From Candidatus Latescibacterota bacterium (GTDB lineage: Bacteria; Latescibacterota; UBA2968; UBA8231): a stretch of DNA of 64,000 nt. The notes beneath the pieces were generated by a model. It did no database searches and was not told the origin of the DNA. It was given only the letters and a program-made list of their open reading frames with translations. The translations under genes and the position numbers were made by a program. Below are positions 39,401 through 47,166 of this stretch, one piece after another. Location of the stretch: contig JAJEFJ010000099.1 of the NCBI GenBank assembly GCA_022820485.1, forward strand, positions 34,942-98,941, read 5' to 3'. How positions within the stretch are numbered: position 1 is the first letter of the stretch; the number at the start of each line of letters is the position of its first letter.

Positions 39401-39626
39401 GGATATTGTCGTCGTACTCGGCCAAAGTGTCCGGCGAAATGCTCACCGCGTCCCCGCGACTTATCAGCCGATGATAGACAAAGCTGTGGCCTTCGGCATC
39501 GAATCCCTCGTCAGAATCCTTCATACCCGCCAGTAGGTCGCGGTTGTGCTCGTAGCCAAACTGTCGGTTGAGCCATGCTAGCAGGACTAGGTGCTGCTCC
39601 AAGTTGGCGATTTGAACTGGCGGCAT
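36483..39626 (-). CDS. res: Type III-like restriction subunit: SF2 helicase plus a C-terminal PD-(D/E)xK-like nuclease
   Basis: 1047 aa. WMATGSGKTLIMH (motif I), LIFVDEGHKG (motif II), and the C-terminal FYPDFILWIKKGKKQHIVFVEPHG. The start lies 2 nt after the hepT stop. Confidence 0.75.
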   Translation of the reverse strand: MPPVQIANLEQHLVLLAWLNRQFGYEHNRDLLAGMKDSDEGFDAEGHSFVYHRLISRGDAVSISPDTLAEYDDNIRNHLHAINARRSEPITLRYFQYLAALYAEVFLDGYFNHRGEMLRSLNEFVVERDAGEPFSESDLKKLAFWMATGSGKTLIMHFNYRQFLYYNNQPLDNVLLITPNEGLSDQHLEEMTASDIPCRRFDLDESGLMMDANDVVRVIEITKLVEQKRGGGVSVPVEAFEGNNLIFVDEGHKGSGGEAWRSFRDALGERGFTFEYSATFGQALSAASKNELTVEYGKAIVFDYSYRYFHGDGYGKDFRVLNLLEETTEEATETLLLGNLLSFYEQQCVFAEHAQALRPYHLERPLWVFVGSTVNAVYSKKKQKHSDVLTVARFLHRVLENKGGWVLSVIERLVKGESGLIAPDGLDVFAEKFKYLRAMEQPPDGIYQDILEKVFHVPAGGGLHLCAIRGAAGELGLKASGAQSYFGLIYIGDISAFKNLVESDDAGLTLEEDALAGSLFDGINGPHTKIEVLIGAKKFMEGWNSWRVSNMGLLNIGRSEGSEIIQLFGRGVRLRGKGASLKRSAALDDGNHPNHIGLLETLNIFAVRANYMDKFRNYLEREGVETEAYRELPLFIRPNESLLQKGLVIPRVPDERDFAKEEDIRLEPDHDVTVRVDMSLKVQALESDPTGLAGVGAHSGAEQSIPSKSLSLIDWEQAYLDLLEYKEQKGRDNLIVQPDVPRQIIADDGQYRLIAEESVVRPQSIEDVDRLQEAATCILRKYVDAFYRVRRERWESERMIYKPLDERDPNLSFSREPEAKGQYVVSIRQSEHALIDEIEKLIDEGERLYAEETEELPRFHFDRHLYQPLLIEKGDKVKSAPPALNENEQRFVRDVKAYWTAESDQSLAGIEVFLLRNLSRGAGVGFFETSGFYPDFILWIKKGKKQHIVFVEPHGMLHANAYLHDDKARLHERLPELAKETGARSQHQDVTLDSYIVSATSYHDLHKRYDDGNWDKTRFTDAHILFAERNEQYDYMKRIFTDSISNF

Positions 39627-39628
39627 TT

Positions 39629-39973
39629 CTATGCCTCTTCACCGACGATGGCTTGCAGTTGTTCAATGAGCGGCGGCAAGTCGTTCTGAATAATTTTCCA
39701 TAGAATATCTAGATTAGCGTCATAGTAGCCGTGAACTAGTCGGTTACGCAGGCCGATAATCTGGGGCCAGGGAATTTCTTGGTGGCGCTGCTGTGTATCC
39801 TCGGAAACGCGGTTGGCCGCTTCGCCCACAATCTCTACCAATTTCTGCAGGGCGAGTTGCATTACTCGGTCTTCTATCAAGTCATTCAGAGTTGCTTCTC
39901 CTAGTAAGACGACGGCTTCCTCAGCGTGGATGAGCATATCCACGAGGCTTACCCGGTCGTCACGCCTGCTCAT
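39629..39973 (-). CDS. hepT: HepT (DUF86) HEPN toxin
   Basis: ATG at 39973 in track ORF 39629..40132. It carries the GLRNRLVHGYYD motif (R-x4-H-x-Y). 14-nt overlap with mntA. Confidence 0.85.
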   Translation of the reverse strand: MSRRDDRVSLVDMLIHAEEAVVLLGEATLNDLIEDRVMQLALQKLVEIVGEAANRVSEDTQQRHQEIPWPQIIGLRNRLVHGYYDANLDILWKIIQNDLPPLIEQLQAIVGEEA

Positions 39974-40271
39974 ACTGCACCTCTGCCGAACTGAGTATCT
40001 CCTCCCGGAGCAGCCAATTGCGACTGCTTTCGACTCCCCTGAAAGTGTGCATATCCACTTTCCGCCCAAGTATCTCCGACAGCTCGTCCTGCATGGTGAT
40101 GAACCCCAGCCCCGGCGTCTGGTCCGGTTCAAAGTCCACGATTACATCCACGTCGCTTTCAGGTGTGAAGTCATCGCGCAGCACCGAGCCGAACAGGGCC
40201 AGACGCCGGATGTGGTTGCGCCGACAAAATTTAGCGATCTCGTCTTTTGGAATTTCGATTCGCGCATTCAT
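39960..40271 (-). CDS. mntA: MntA-type minimal nucleotidyltransferase antitoxin
   Basis: 103 aa. LALFGSVLRDDFTPESDVDVIVDF is the G-S-x10-D-x-D motif. Confidence 0.85.
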   Translation of the reverse strand: MNARIEIPKDEIAKFCRRNHIRRLALFGSVLRDDFTPESDVDVIVDFEPDQTPGLGFITMQDELSEILGRKVDMHTFRGVESSRNWLLREEILSSAEVQYEQA

Positions 40272-40303
40272 GGCGTTATTCCTGAAAACATTGTGTCATT
40301 TCT

Positions 40304-40720
40304 TTATTGACGTTGCTCATGGTCTTTTTCGTAAATCAACTTTTCAGCCCAACTCACGACTGTTTCGGCAAGACCAATAACCCGCCGATATTCTTCGTCA
40401 TCGACGGGTTCACTACTCCTAGGATATCGAGATTCAACAGCATAGTCTGTTAGGATTGCACTTTCTTCTACCTCTTGAGGGACATCGACACCTTCGGGTA
40501 AAAGATCGAGCAATGTTCTGATATTGTGCGTTCTAGGGAAATCAATTTCAAGAAATATCAAAACGGCTTTCAATGTCTTTTCAGCAGCTTGCTGGGCATG
40601 GAAACAGAGATTTTCCAGCAAGACACCTTCCGGTTTTTCTATGCGGGCAAGCTCCAAGTCGCTTTTAGCGTAACGAAGCCAATCCTCAGCGCTACCTGGA
40701 ACACGAGATTCAGAGTCCAT
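40304..40720 (-). CDS. HEPN-domain protein (classical HEPN family)
   Basis: 138 aa. WLRYAKSDLELA...CFHAQQAAEKTLKAVL...PRTHNIRTLLDLL...LTDYAVESRYP. Confidence 0.8.
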   Translation of the reverse strand: MDSESRVPGSAEDWLRYAKSDLELARIEKPEGVLLENLCFHAQQAAEKTLKAVLIFLEIDFPRTHNIRTLLDLLPEGVDVPQEVEESAILTDYAVESRYPRSSEPVDDEEYRRVIGLAETVVSWAEKLIYEKDHEQRQ

Positions 40721-41090
40721 AAATCTCTATACCTTCCTTTAAAGCACTTTTATAGATCAAGCCCCTATTATCCTTGTACTTTTCCAAGTCCTGCGGGGTT
40801 GCTACTACGATATCAAAGGGTACACCCAAACCCGTAATTTCCCGATACAGCTTCTGCGCCGTTCTCCGTCGGTGAACACCCTCGGGCATGACTACGAGCA
40901 GATCGATGTCGCTATGCTCTCCTGCGTCTCCTCTGGCGGCTGAGCCAAAGAGGATTATTTGTAGAGGGTTTACACTCTTTACAATGTCGCCGACTAATTT
41001 ATCTATGACCGTGCGAGCCGTTTTATCTTTGCTTCCAGCGAGGCTTCGACGGTCGGGTCCACCAGTAGCTTCTTCAATGGTGTTGTTCAT
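40710..41090 (-). CDS. Nucleotidyltransferase-domain protein (MNT partner of the HEPN protein)
   Basis: 126 aa. ILFGSAARGDAGEHSDIDLLVVM. 11-nt overlap with the HEPN gene. Confidence 0.8.
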   Translation of the reverse strand: MNNTIEEATGGPDRRSLAGSKDKTARTVIDKLVGDIVKSVNPLQIILFGSAARGDAGEHSDIDLLVVMPEGVHRRRTAQKLYREITGLGVPFDIVVATPQDLEKYKDNRGLIYKSALKEGIEIYGL

Positions 41091-41132
41091 GGTATGTTCC
41101 TGCAGTTCTCAGTGTCGTCGTATGAGTCCTTC

Positions 41133-44100
41133 TTATGCCTGTGTCTCTGCAAACATCCGTCGTTTGAACACTGGTTCCAGCGCCTTGGCCTCACGGATTA
41201 AGGAATCGCCGTTGACATAGACCTCGTCCGCGCCGTCGGTCAGTTGCTGCTCGGCTACGAACTCCTTGTCGCGCACCAGAGCGGCCTTATCCCAGCCTTG
41301 GGTTTCTCGCCAGATGACGACGATCCGCTGCTGGTCAATCTGGCCGCGATAGACCAAGTATCGCCGGTCGTCGTCATAATATACGCGCCGCGTCTCGACG
41401 CGCAGGCCGAGCAAGTAGTTGAAGGTCTCTGGGATGTCGGAGATTTGCTGCCGCGTCTGACCGTCGGCGTGGATGTGCAGCGTATAGCGGAAGGGCTGCG
41501 ATAGCTTCTCCACGTTCAGCAGGGTCGCGCTGCGCTTGGTTTCCCATTGGAGCATGTACTTGAGCAAGTAGTCGTCGAACTGCAACGCTTGCTGCGCGGA
41601 ATCCTCGTCGAAATCGATGTTGTTCAGCGCGTCCTCATAGCTTTCGAGACGCATATACTTGATGATACGCGGTCCATGCTTGGCCTCTTGAGGTTTTGCC
41701 ATGCACTTGGGCTTGCCATCCTTCCATTGGGGCGTGAACGCGACCTTTTTGATACGCGGTAGGAGTACGGTGTCGAAGTGGTTACCCATCTCGACAAGGA
41801 TGAATTTGCGTTGGCCTCCGTCTTCTCGATTCAGGTTGATGACGGCGTGGCCGGTTGTGCCAGAGCCGGCGAAGTAGTCGAGGATCGTCGAAGTCTTTCC
41901 ACTCCAATAGCGAAGACAATCCACGACCAAATGTACTGATTTAGGGTAGCTGAATTGTTGATCTCCGATGACATCAATAAGGAGCTTAGTCCCATGAGTT
42001 GTAGCAGAGTACTTTGAGTCTGTCCATAGCGTTTTTGGTTTCTTGCCTTTGGGCATTCGAGATTTCTTAACTATCTCGAACCTCCCTGCTTTTTCGATAA
42101 CCGAAATATCGCCACTCTTAATGTCTCGACGCGCCCCTTCTGGATTGTTGCGCCAAATTCGCCTCTCTCCCTTTGGGTCGATCGGCCATATTTCTTCAGC
42201 ACCCTCGAATGAGTCAACACTCACTTGTCTTGTGTCTCGGTCAATGTAGAGCGGATACCACTGTCCTGGTCGGTCAGACGGACGCGAATTACCTCCTCTT
42301 CGACGCAAGTTGTCCCAAAGAAAAAATCCTGTCTCATCCTTATGGTTATACGCTTCCCTCTCTTCTGCCGTCAGATCGCGTTCCTGCATTTCCGTTTGCT
42401 CAATATCGTTTGCATAAACATGACAATAGTCGTGACTGAGTGCAGGTGTATTAGGGCGTATGTTTTGTCCTGCGGGGTTTACCTCAATAGCAATCGTCGC
42501 GATTCGATTATCTTGTCCAAAACATGTGTCCAAAATACTCCGAAGTTTCCATGTCTCTGTATCATCAATCGCACACTGCAACACACCTTGCTCGGCCAAA
42601 AGTAGCTTCGCCATGCTCGCTCGATTCTGGATCATAGCCAGCCATGATGAGTGTTTATATTCATTCTTGTAAACGAAAGTGTTTTCGCTCGTGTTATAGG
42701 GAGGATCAATGTAGATCGTGTTCACTTGCTCCCGGTAACGTTCCTGCAACGCATTCAACGCCTGCCAATTTTCACTGCGGATCAGCACCCCATCCGTCAT
42801 CCCTTCCAAGTCATCAAAGCTACCCAATAGCCGATCCACGAAATCTCGGTCGAAGTGTTTGCTATCGAGGACGAGTGTCGGATGCGCTCTTAAGAACTCA
42901 ACGCGCTTGCCTGCCTTGTCCTTGCTCGCGTTGAACAGGTCGATTTGATCTTCGTCAATGCTGAACAGCACCTTCCATTCGTCCCACTGCGCTTCACACC
43001 CGGCGATGTCCTCATAGAAACCCTCGTCAATGTGCCCAACCGCAATGCAATAGTGCGTCTCGGTGACGAACTTGCGCTTCTCCCACAACATTTTCTGGAA
43101 GCCTTCAATCTGGTCGAGGAAGTCGATAATCTGGCCGCCGACCGACCGAATCGTCCGCATCATCTGAAACCAGCCCTCAGAGCGGTCCTCGCCAGCCACT
43201 TCCATATCGCCGAGGTTCAGCACCTCGTTCTTCAGGTAGAAATCGAGTTCGCGGACGAGAAAGCCCTTCAGATCCTTGTGGATGAAGAAGTCCGACGTGT
43301 TCCGCCGAGTATATTGGCGCAAGTGGTGTTCGAGAAAGGAGACAGCCTGCCCGTCGTCGTTCCGACGTTTTTCACCCGTCAAGGCCGCCAGTGCGTCAGG
43401 TGTCTTATCCAACTGCTTGGGAATCTCTGCCACAGCTTTAGTGATGATAGTCTCCTGCTGATTCTTCTTGCCGTAAGTAATTTCCTCCTGTTCAGTCAGG
43501 GGCCGATACTCAAACGGAATGTCGAGTCGCTTGGCCTCCGCGTCCCAAGTAGGTGCCTCAGTGCATGGCAGAAAAAACCGCTTGTCGCCCTTGATATTGT
43601 CCTGCTCAATGTCGGCGACCTGAAGTTTGAAATGCACGGTGATGTCACGCACTGCAAACGAATAGTCGCGGAAATGCTCGCCGGTCTTGATGTAGTATTG
43701 GTCGCTGTTGGCCCAATGGAGATGCACTTCTTCGCCGTTGTACGGAATGGCGTAGCGTTGGCGTTTGGAGTATCGACGCTTAGAGATGAAATCGCCATCT
43801 TGGTAGTATCGGCTAAAGAAGGCGTATAGGTGATTGAAGATGGCCGCTTCGAGAGCGTCGCGGCCTTGGCCGCCTGCGGATTTAGCCTTCAACTCCAAGT
43901 ATTCCTTACCAAGCGGCGTGTTGTGATATATCTCTGCCAGATTCCCATCAGCATCGATGGCATCGTCCCCAAAGTTTCCCCCAATCCGCTGACGAACCTC
44001 CTGTAAACTTTCCTCAACCTGTGCTTGCTCGGCCAACGCGCCGCTTTCGAGTTGCTCAGCTATCGCTTTTGGCAAATCATCGGTTATGAATCGCTCAATA

Positions 44101-44210
44101 ACCTCTCGTTTATGGTTCATTATGCGGTATATGCCAAAGTCCAAATCGGCGCAGTCGAACTGAAATAGCTCGCGCAAAAGCGTCTGGAAAATGGCTAGGG
44201 GATTAGTCAT
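41133..44210 (-). CDS. mod: Large Mod-type N6-adenine (beta-class) DNA methyltransferase with an about 470-aa N-terminal extension
   Basis: 1025 aa. NTIYIDPPYNTSENTF (motif IV, residues about 499-514) and LDYFAGSGTTGHAVINLN (motif I) downstream. The N-terminus has LDFGIYRIMNHKREV and FFIHKDLKGFLVRELDFYLKNEVL. Confidence 0.8.
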   Translation of the reverse strand: MTNPLAIFQTLLRELFQFDCADLDFGIYRIMNHKREVIERFITDDLPKAIAEQLESGALAEQAQVEESLQEVRQRIGGNFGDDAIDADGNLAEIYHNTPLGKEYLELKAKSAGGQGRDALEAAIFNHLYAFFSRYYQDGDFISKRRYSKRQRYAIPYNGEEVHLHWANSDQYYIKTGEHFRDYSFAVRDITVHFKLQVADIEQDNIKGDKRFFLPCTEAPTWDAEAKRLDIPFEYRPLTEQEEITYGKKNQQETIITKAVAEIPKQLDKTPDALAALTGEKRRNDDGQAVSFLEHHLRQYTRRNTSDFFIHKDLKGFLVRELDFYLKNEVLNLGDMEVAGEDRSEGWFQMMRTIRSVGGQIIDFLDQIEGFQKMLWEKRKFVTETHYCIAVGHIDEGFYEDIAGCEAQWDEWKVLFSIDEDQIDLFNASKDKAGKRVEFLRAHPTLVLDSKHFDRDFVDRLLGSFDDLEGMTDGVLIRSENWQALNALQERYREQVNTIYIDPPYNTSENTFVYKNEYKHSSWLAMIQNRASMAKLLLAEQGVLQCAIDDTETWKLRSILDTCFGQDNRIATIAIEVNPAGQNIRPNTPALSHDYCHVYANDIEQTEMQERDLTAEEREAYNHKDETGFFLWDNLRRRGGNSRPSDRPGQWYPLYIDRDTRQVSVDSFEGAEEIWPIDPKGERRIWRNNPEGARRDIKSGDISVIEKAGRFEIVKKSRMPKGKKPKTLWTDSKYSATTHGTKLLIDVIGDQQFSYPKSVHLVVDCLRYWSGKTSTILDYFAGSGTTGHAVINLNREDGGQRKFILVEMGNHFDTVLLPRIKKVAFTPQWKDGKPKCMAKPQEAKHGPRIIKYMRLESYEDALNNIDFDEDSAQQALQFDDYLLKYMLQWETKRSATLLNVEKLSQPFRYTLHIHADGQTRQQISDIPETFNYLLGLRVETRRVYYDDDRRYLVYRGQIDQQRIVVIWRETQGWDKAALVRDKEFVAEQQLTDGADEVYVNGDSLIREAKALEPVFKRRMFAETQA

Positions 44211-44247
44211 AACTCATTACCTTTTATTGATTCATGCAAATTTTTGT

Positions 44248-45330
44248 CTAGCTCAATCGACATGCCGGCGCAAACGTCTCAATCTCCCAATCGTCTTGCG
44301 AACCGAACTTCCGGCGAAGACGGATCATTCCGGGGGGCAGAGCCACGCGACTGATCCTTTTGCTGGTTTCCCTGATTGTCCTTTCTATCGCTCTTGTCCT
44401 GTTCCGTAATGATTTGCGAATGGGAACGTCGATTGGTGCAGTTGCGTAAGCCTTTTTTGTAAATGAGAGAATACGTCGTACATCGCCCTCCGTCGGCAAC
44501 ACCCGCCCACCTTTTTGCCACGGAGTGAGTGCCGCTATTGGTTCACTATGCAGCATCTCACTCCACATTCGATCTTCATGGGCATTCTGGGAGCCATGAT
44601 GTGGAATTTTGAAAACTGAGGCTTTGCAGTTTGGACGTTCACGGGCAGCGAGTATCTCTAACCAGCCGCGTCCTTCAAGATCAGATCCAAGAAGTATTAC
44701 TGCATCTTCAATTTTAATCAACAAAACGACTGCAATTTTGTTCGGCGTCAAGGTATGAGTACGTCTTTTGGTTTCGCGTTCCTGTGGTCGGAGACGGCCT
44801 ATTTCTTGGAGGAACAGACCAAAATCCTTGTCGAAAGGTGAGAGGGCCCATATCTCGCAACCGTCGCGGTTGAAAATGCGACGGTTGGCGATGGCGAATA
44901 CAGGCTTGGAAGACCTTGCAGCAAGCAATGAGAAGACCTTGTAGAATTCCTGCATTCCAGAGCCAGTCTTGGACATAGGGCGGCTCGCCATAGCACCCAC
45001 CGCCGCGAGAAACTCATCCGTACGCAGAACACTTGCACAGCAGAACGTCGCCTTGTCACAGACCTCGACTAATTTTCCCATGCCGCGTATATGGTCGTCA
45101 TGCCAGTGGGTGGCGACGATGAGGCGAACCGCTTCAGTAGGATTTAATCCCATATCGCGGAGATAAGCCAACGCCGCTGGATGCGACTCCGCGTTTAGGC
45201 AGGAATCGACAATTACCCAATTTCCATTTCCTATATGAAGGAGTATACATTCTCCGTAACCAGGCCCTATAACCGTCACTTCCATCACATTGTGTTTAGG
45301 CGGCACTCCACGGGCAGTTAATCCGCCCAT
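44248..45330 (-). CDS. Metallo-beta-lactamase-fold protein
   Basis: 360 aa. MEVTVIGPGYGECILLHIGNGNWVIVDSC, VATHWHDDHIRGM (HxHxDH), and FKIPHHGS. The start overlaps the upstream gene by 13 nt (alternative ATG at 45285). Confidence 0.75.
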   Translation of the reverse strand: MGGLTARGVPPKHNVMEVTVIGPGYGECILLHIGNGNWVIVDSCLNAESHPAALAYLRDMGLNPTEAVRLIVATHWHDDHIRGMGKLVEVCDKATFCCASVLRTDEFLAAVGAMASRPMSKTGSGMQEFYKVFSLLAARSSKPVFAIANRRIFNRDGCEIWALSPFDKDFGLFLQEIGRLRPQERETKRRTHTLTPNKIAVVLLIKIEDAVILLGSDLEGRGWLEILAARERPNCKASVFKIPHHGSQNAHEDRMWSEMLHSEPIAALTPWQKGGRVLPTEGDVRRILSFTKKAYATAPIDVPIRKSLRNRTRAIERTIRETSKRISRVALPPGMIRLRRKFGSQDDWEIETFAPACRLS

Positions 45331-45929
45331 AACTGAGCGACCCTCCTAGCCCATTCCTCCCCTTCGGCTATATCCTGTTTGGTCACAACAGGAAGGTCGC
45401 GAAAGACGATTTGGGAGACGCGCCGCTTGGTTCCACTTGCGGAACGCTCATAGCCGATGACCCAGCGAAAAATGCTGCCGAGACGCAGACGCCTTAGATC
45501 GTCTTCTGAAATCTCGGAAAGAGGAATGACGGCTTCTTCCTCTTCATGCGAGGAATCGGCGGTCAGGTCTAACAGCCGCGCTGTGAAGTCGTCTTCTCCT
45601 GTCTCTATGACATATCCTTCCCATTCCTGAAGCGCATGGAATGTTATCCGGGACATGGTCTGTGATACTTGATCTAGGCTAGGTAAATCAATGATCGAGC
45701 TAACATCGGAATTGATCCCGGCTGACGTCGGGCGATTTTCAATTGAGGTCTCTGCGCCTCCGGGGTCGCGTAGAGTAGTTCCTTGGGTTTGTTCTAGTAC
45801 AGCCTCTACACGTTTAGGATGTCTTTCTCGAAGCAACTGGTCAGAGGTGCTAAGGACACTCGAACTTTCATTGACATCGGATAAATTGTTACGTCTGTTG
45901 TCCACAAGGGTGAATGCTGTCTCCGACAT
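45318..45929 (-). CDS. Hypothetical protein (disordered-looking N-half, about 110-aa C-terminal domain)
   Basis: 203 aa with no recognisable motif. Tightly packed between neighbours (2-nt gap upstream). Confidence 0.5.
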   Translation of the reverse strand: MSETAFTLVDNRRNNLSDVNESSSVLSTSDQLLRERHPKRVEAVLEQTQGTTLRDPGGAETSIENRPTSAGINSDVSSIIDLPSLDQVSQTMSRITFHALQEWEGYVIETGEDDFTARLLDLTADSSHEEEEAVIPLSEISEDDLRRLRLGSIFRWVIGYERSASGTKRRVSQIVFRDLPVVTKQDIAEGEEWARRVAQLWAD

Positions 45930-45931
45930 AC

Positions 45932-46627
45932 TTATCTCCTTGTTAATGACATAATGTGATCGATGATTTGATCTGCACGCCGAAGAGATTCATCAAAGTT
46001 ATCCTCCAGCAGCATAACAATCTCACGGGTCCCCATTTGGCTCTCTACATTCTCAATGATATAGTGGTCGTTGACCTGAACGTAAACGCCGGGCCGACCT
46101 CTGCCGATCTGGTTTGATGGTTGTACTACCACGTTTACTCGTCCACCGAGCGGTCTCCCTTCTGGATTGATCTGTGTCATGGTAAGGGAAGTCATGCCGC
46201 CTTGTTCCTCGTCCGATTCAAGTTTCTTGCCCCAGTCTCCCCAAGGCTCGACAGGTGCCAGCAGTCTGCCGAGGCGATTTTGCTCGCCAAAGCTCCGTAA
46301 GGGAAAATGCACTTCCCGGTTGATTCCTAGGACTTTAAGGGGCATATGGGGAAGGTGTTCTCGGAAAATACGGATGGCTAGGTCCCGCAGACGAATGAAG
46401 GGGGCCTGAGTCGTGTTAATTAGGAAGGATTCTGGTTGGACATGCAGGTTGAGCCAATCCGCATTGAACATCGCAATCTGGGGATGAATAATTTTCGTAT
46501 CTGCGATTTCGGCAGTCCTTTCGGAAAGAAGCCCATGCCATCCGAACCACGCAGGTGTGAAAATTGCAGGATTGAAATGGCCGAGCATGACGAGCGAGAC
46601 ACCAGTGATTTCGGGTTCAATTCTCAT
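45932..46627 (-). CDS. Hypothetical protein
   Basis: 231 aa, first gene of the array. LKVLGINREVHF is faintly reminiscent of the R.GLRY.N block of TIGR04255-type proteins, which is not enough to assign it. Confidence 0.5.
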   Translation of the reverse strand: MRIEPEITGVSLVMLGHFNPAIFTPAWFGWHGLLSERTAEIADTKIIHPQIAMFNADWLNLHVQPESFLINTTQAPFIRLRDLAIRIFREHLPHMPLKVLGINREVHFPLRSFGEQNRLGRLLAPVEPWGDWGKKLESDEEQGGMTSLTMTQINPEGRPLGGRVNVVVQPSNQIGRGRPGVYVQVNDHYIIENVESQMGTREIVMLLEDNFDESLRRADQIIDHIMSLTRR

Positions 46628-46708
46628 TGCTGATTACTCCTTGAGTCAGCTCTCGGAGTTGTCCGAGAGCTATGCTCCGATGGCTCATGCGCTAGTTATA
46701 AATAACGC

Positions 46709-46765
46709 TTACGCCTCGACCTCTGCAAATATCCGCCGCTTGAACGTCGGCTCCAGCGCCGGTAG
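46709..46765 (-). pseudogene. Remnant of the 3' end of a second mod gene
   Basis: The minus strand reads ...PALEPTFKRRIFAEVEA*. The intact Mod ends ...KALEPVFKRRMFAETQA* (41133..41189). The nucleotide similarity is obvious by eye. Confidence 0.65.
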
Positions 46766-46821
46766 GCGCGTCGAACTGTAATGCTTGCTGCACAGCAGCA
46801 CATAACGCTCTGTACAACCCC

Positions 46822-47166
46822 TCAGACGTGCAATTGCAAATCAAACACTAGCTCCATATTGGCCCACCACTCACCCTCTTTGGCCTCGGGCACCTGCTGC
46901 TGAAAGGTCCGCATCAGTTCGTCCCATTCCTTCGCTTTGGGATTCTGCTCGACGTAGCGCGGGAAGTCGCGGGCTGGGTCGAACTCGTCGGTCGCGGTCA
47001 TGTACATGAACATCCGCTGGCCCAAGAGAAAGATTTTCATGTCGGTGATGCCGACCTCGCCTAGGCCCTGAAGCGGCTCGGGCCAGGGGTCGGCGTGGTA
47101 TGCCTTGTACTGGGCGATCAGTTCGGAATCGTCCTTCAACTCAATGGTTAGGCCAAAGTGCTGCAT
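46822..47166 (-). CDS. L-rhamnose mutarotase-like (RhaM/DUF718) protein
   Basis: 114 aa. YKAYHADPWPEPLQGL...GITDMKIFL...MFMYM...WANMELVFDL follows the RhaM pattern. Confidence 0.6.
   Translation of the reverse strand: MQHFGLTIELKDDSELIAQYKAYHADPWPEPLQGLGEVGITDMKIFLLGQRMFMYMTATDEFDPARDFPRYVEQNPKAKEWDELMRTFQQQVPEAKEGEWWANMELVFDLQLHV

Noticed and set aside
42945-43829. A 294-aa plus-strand ORF inside the Mod gene.
   Set aside because: It is antisense to a 1025-aa ORF with clear methyltransferase motifs. It has no motif of its own and no SD-like start context.
45932-46627. Assignment of the 231-aa protein to the TIGR04255 family.
   Set aside because: There is only a faint resemblance in one block (LKVLGINREVHF), and the characteristic N-terminal PP(L)xEV start is missing. 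This needs a profile search.
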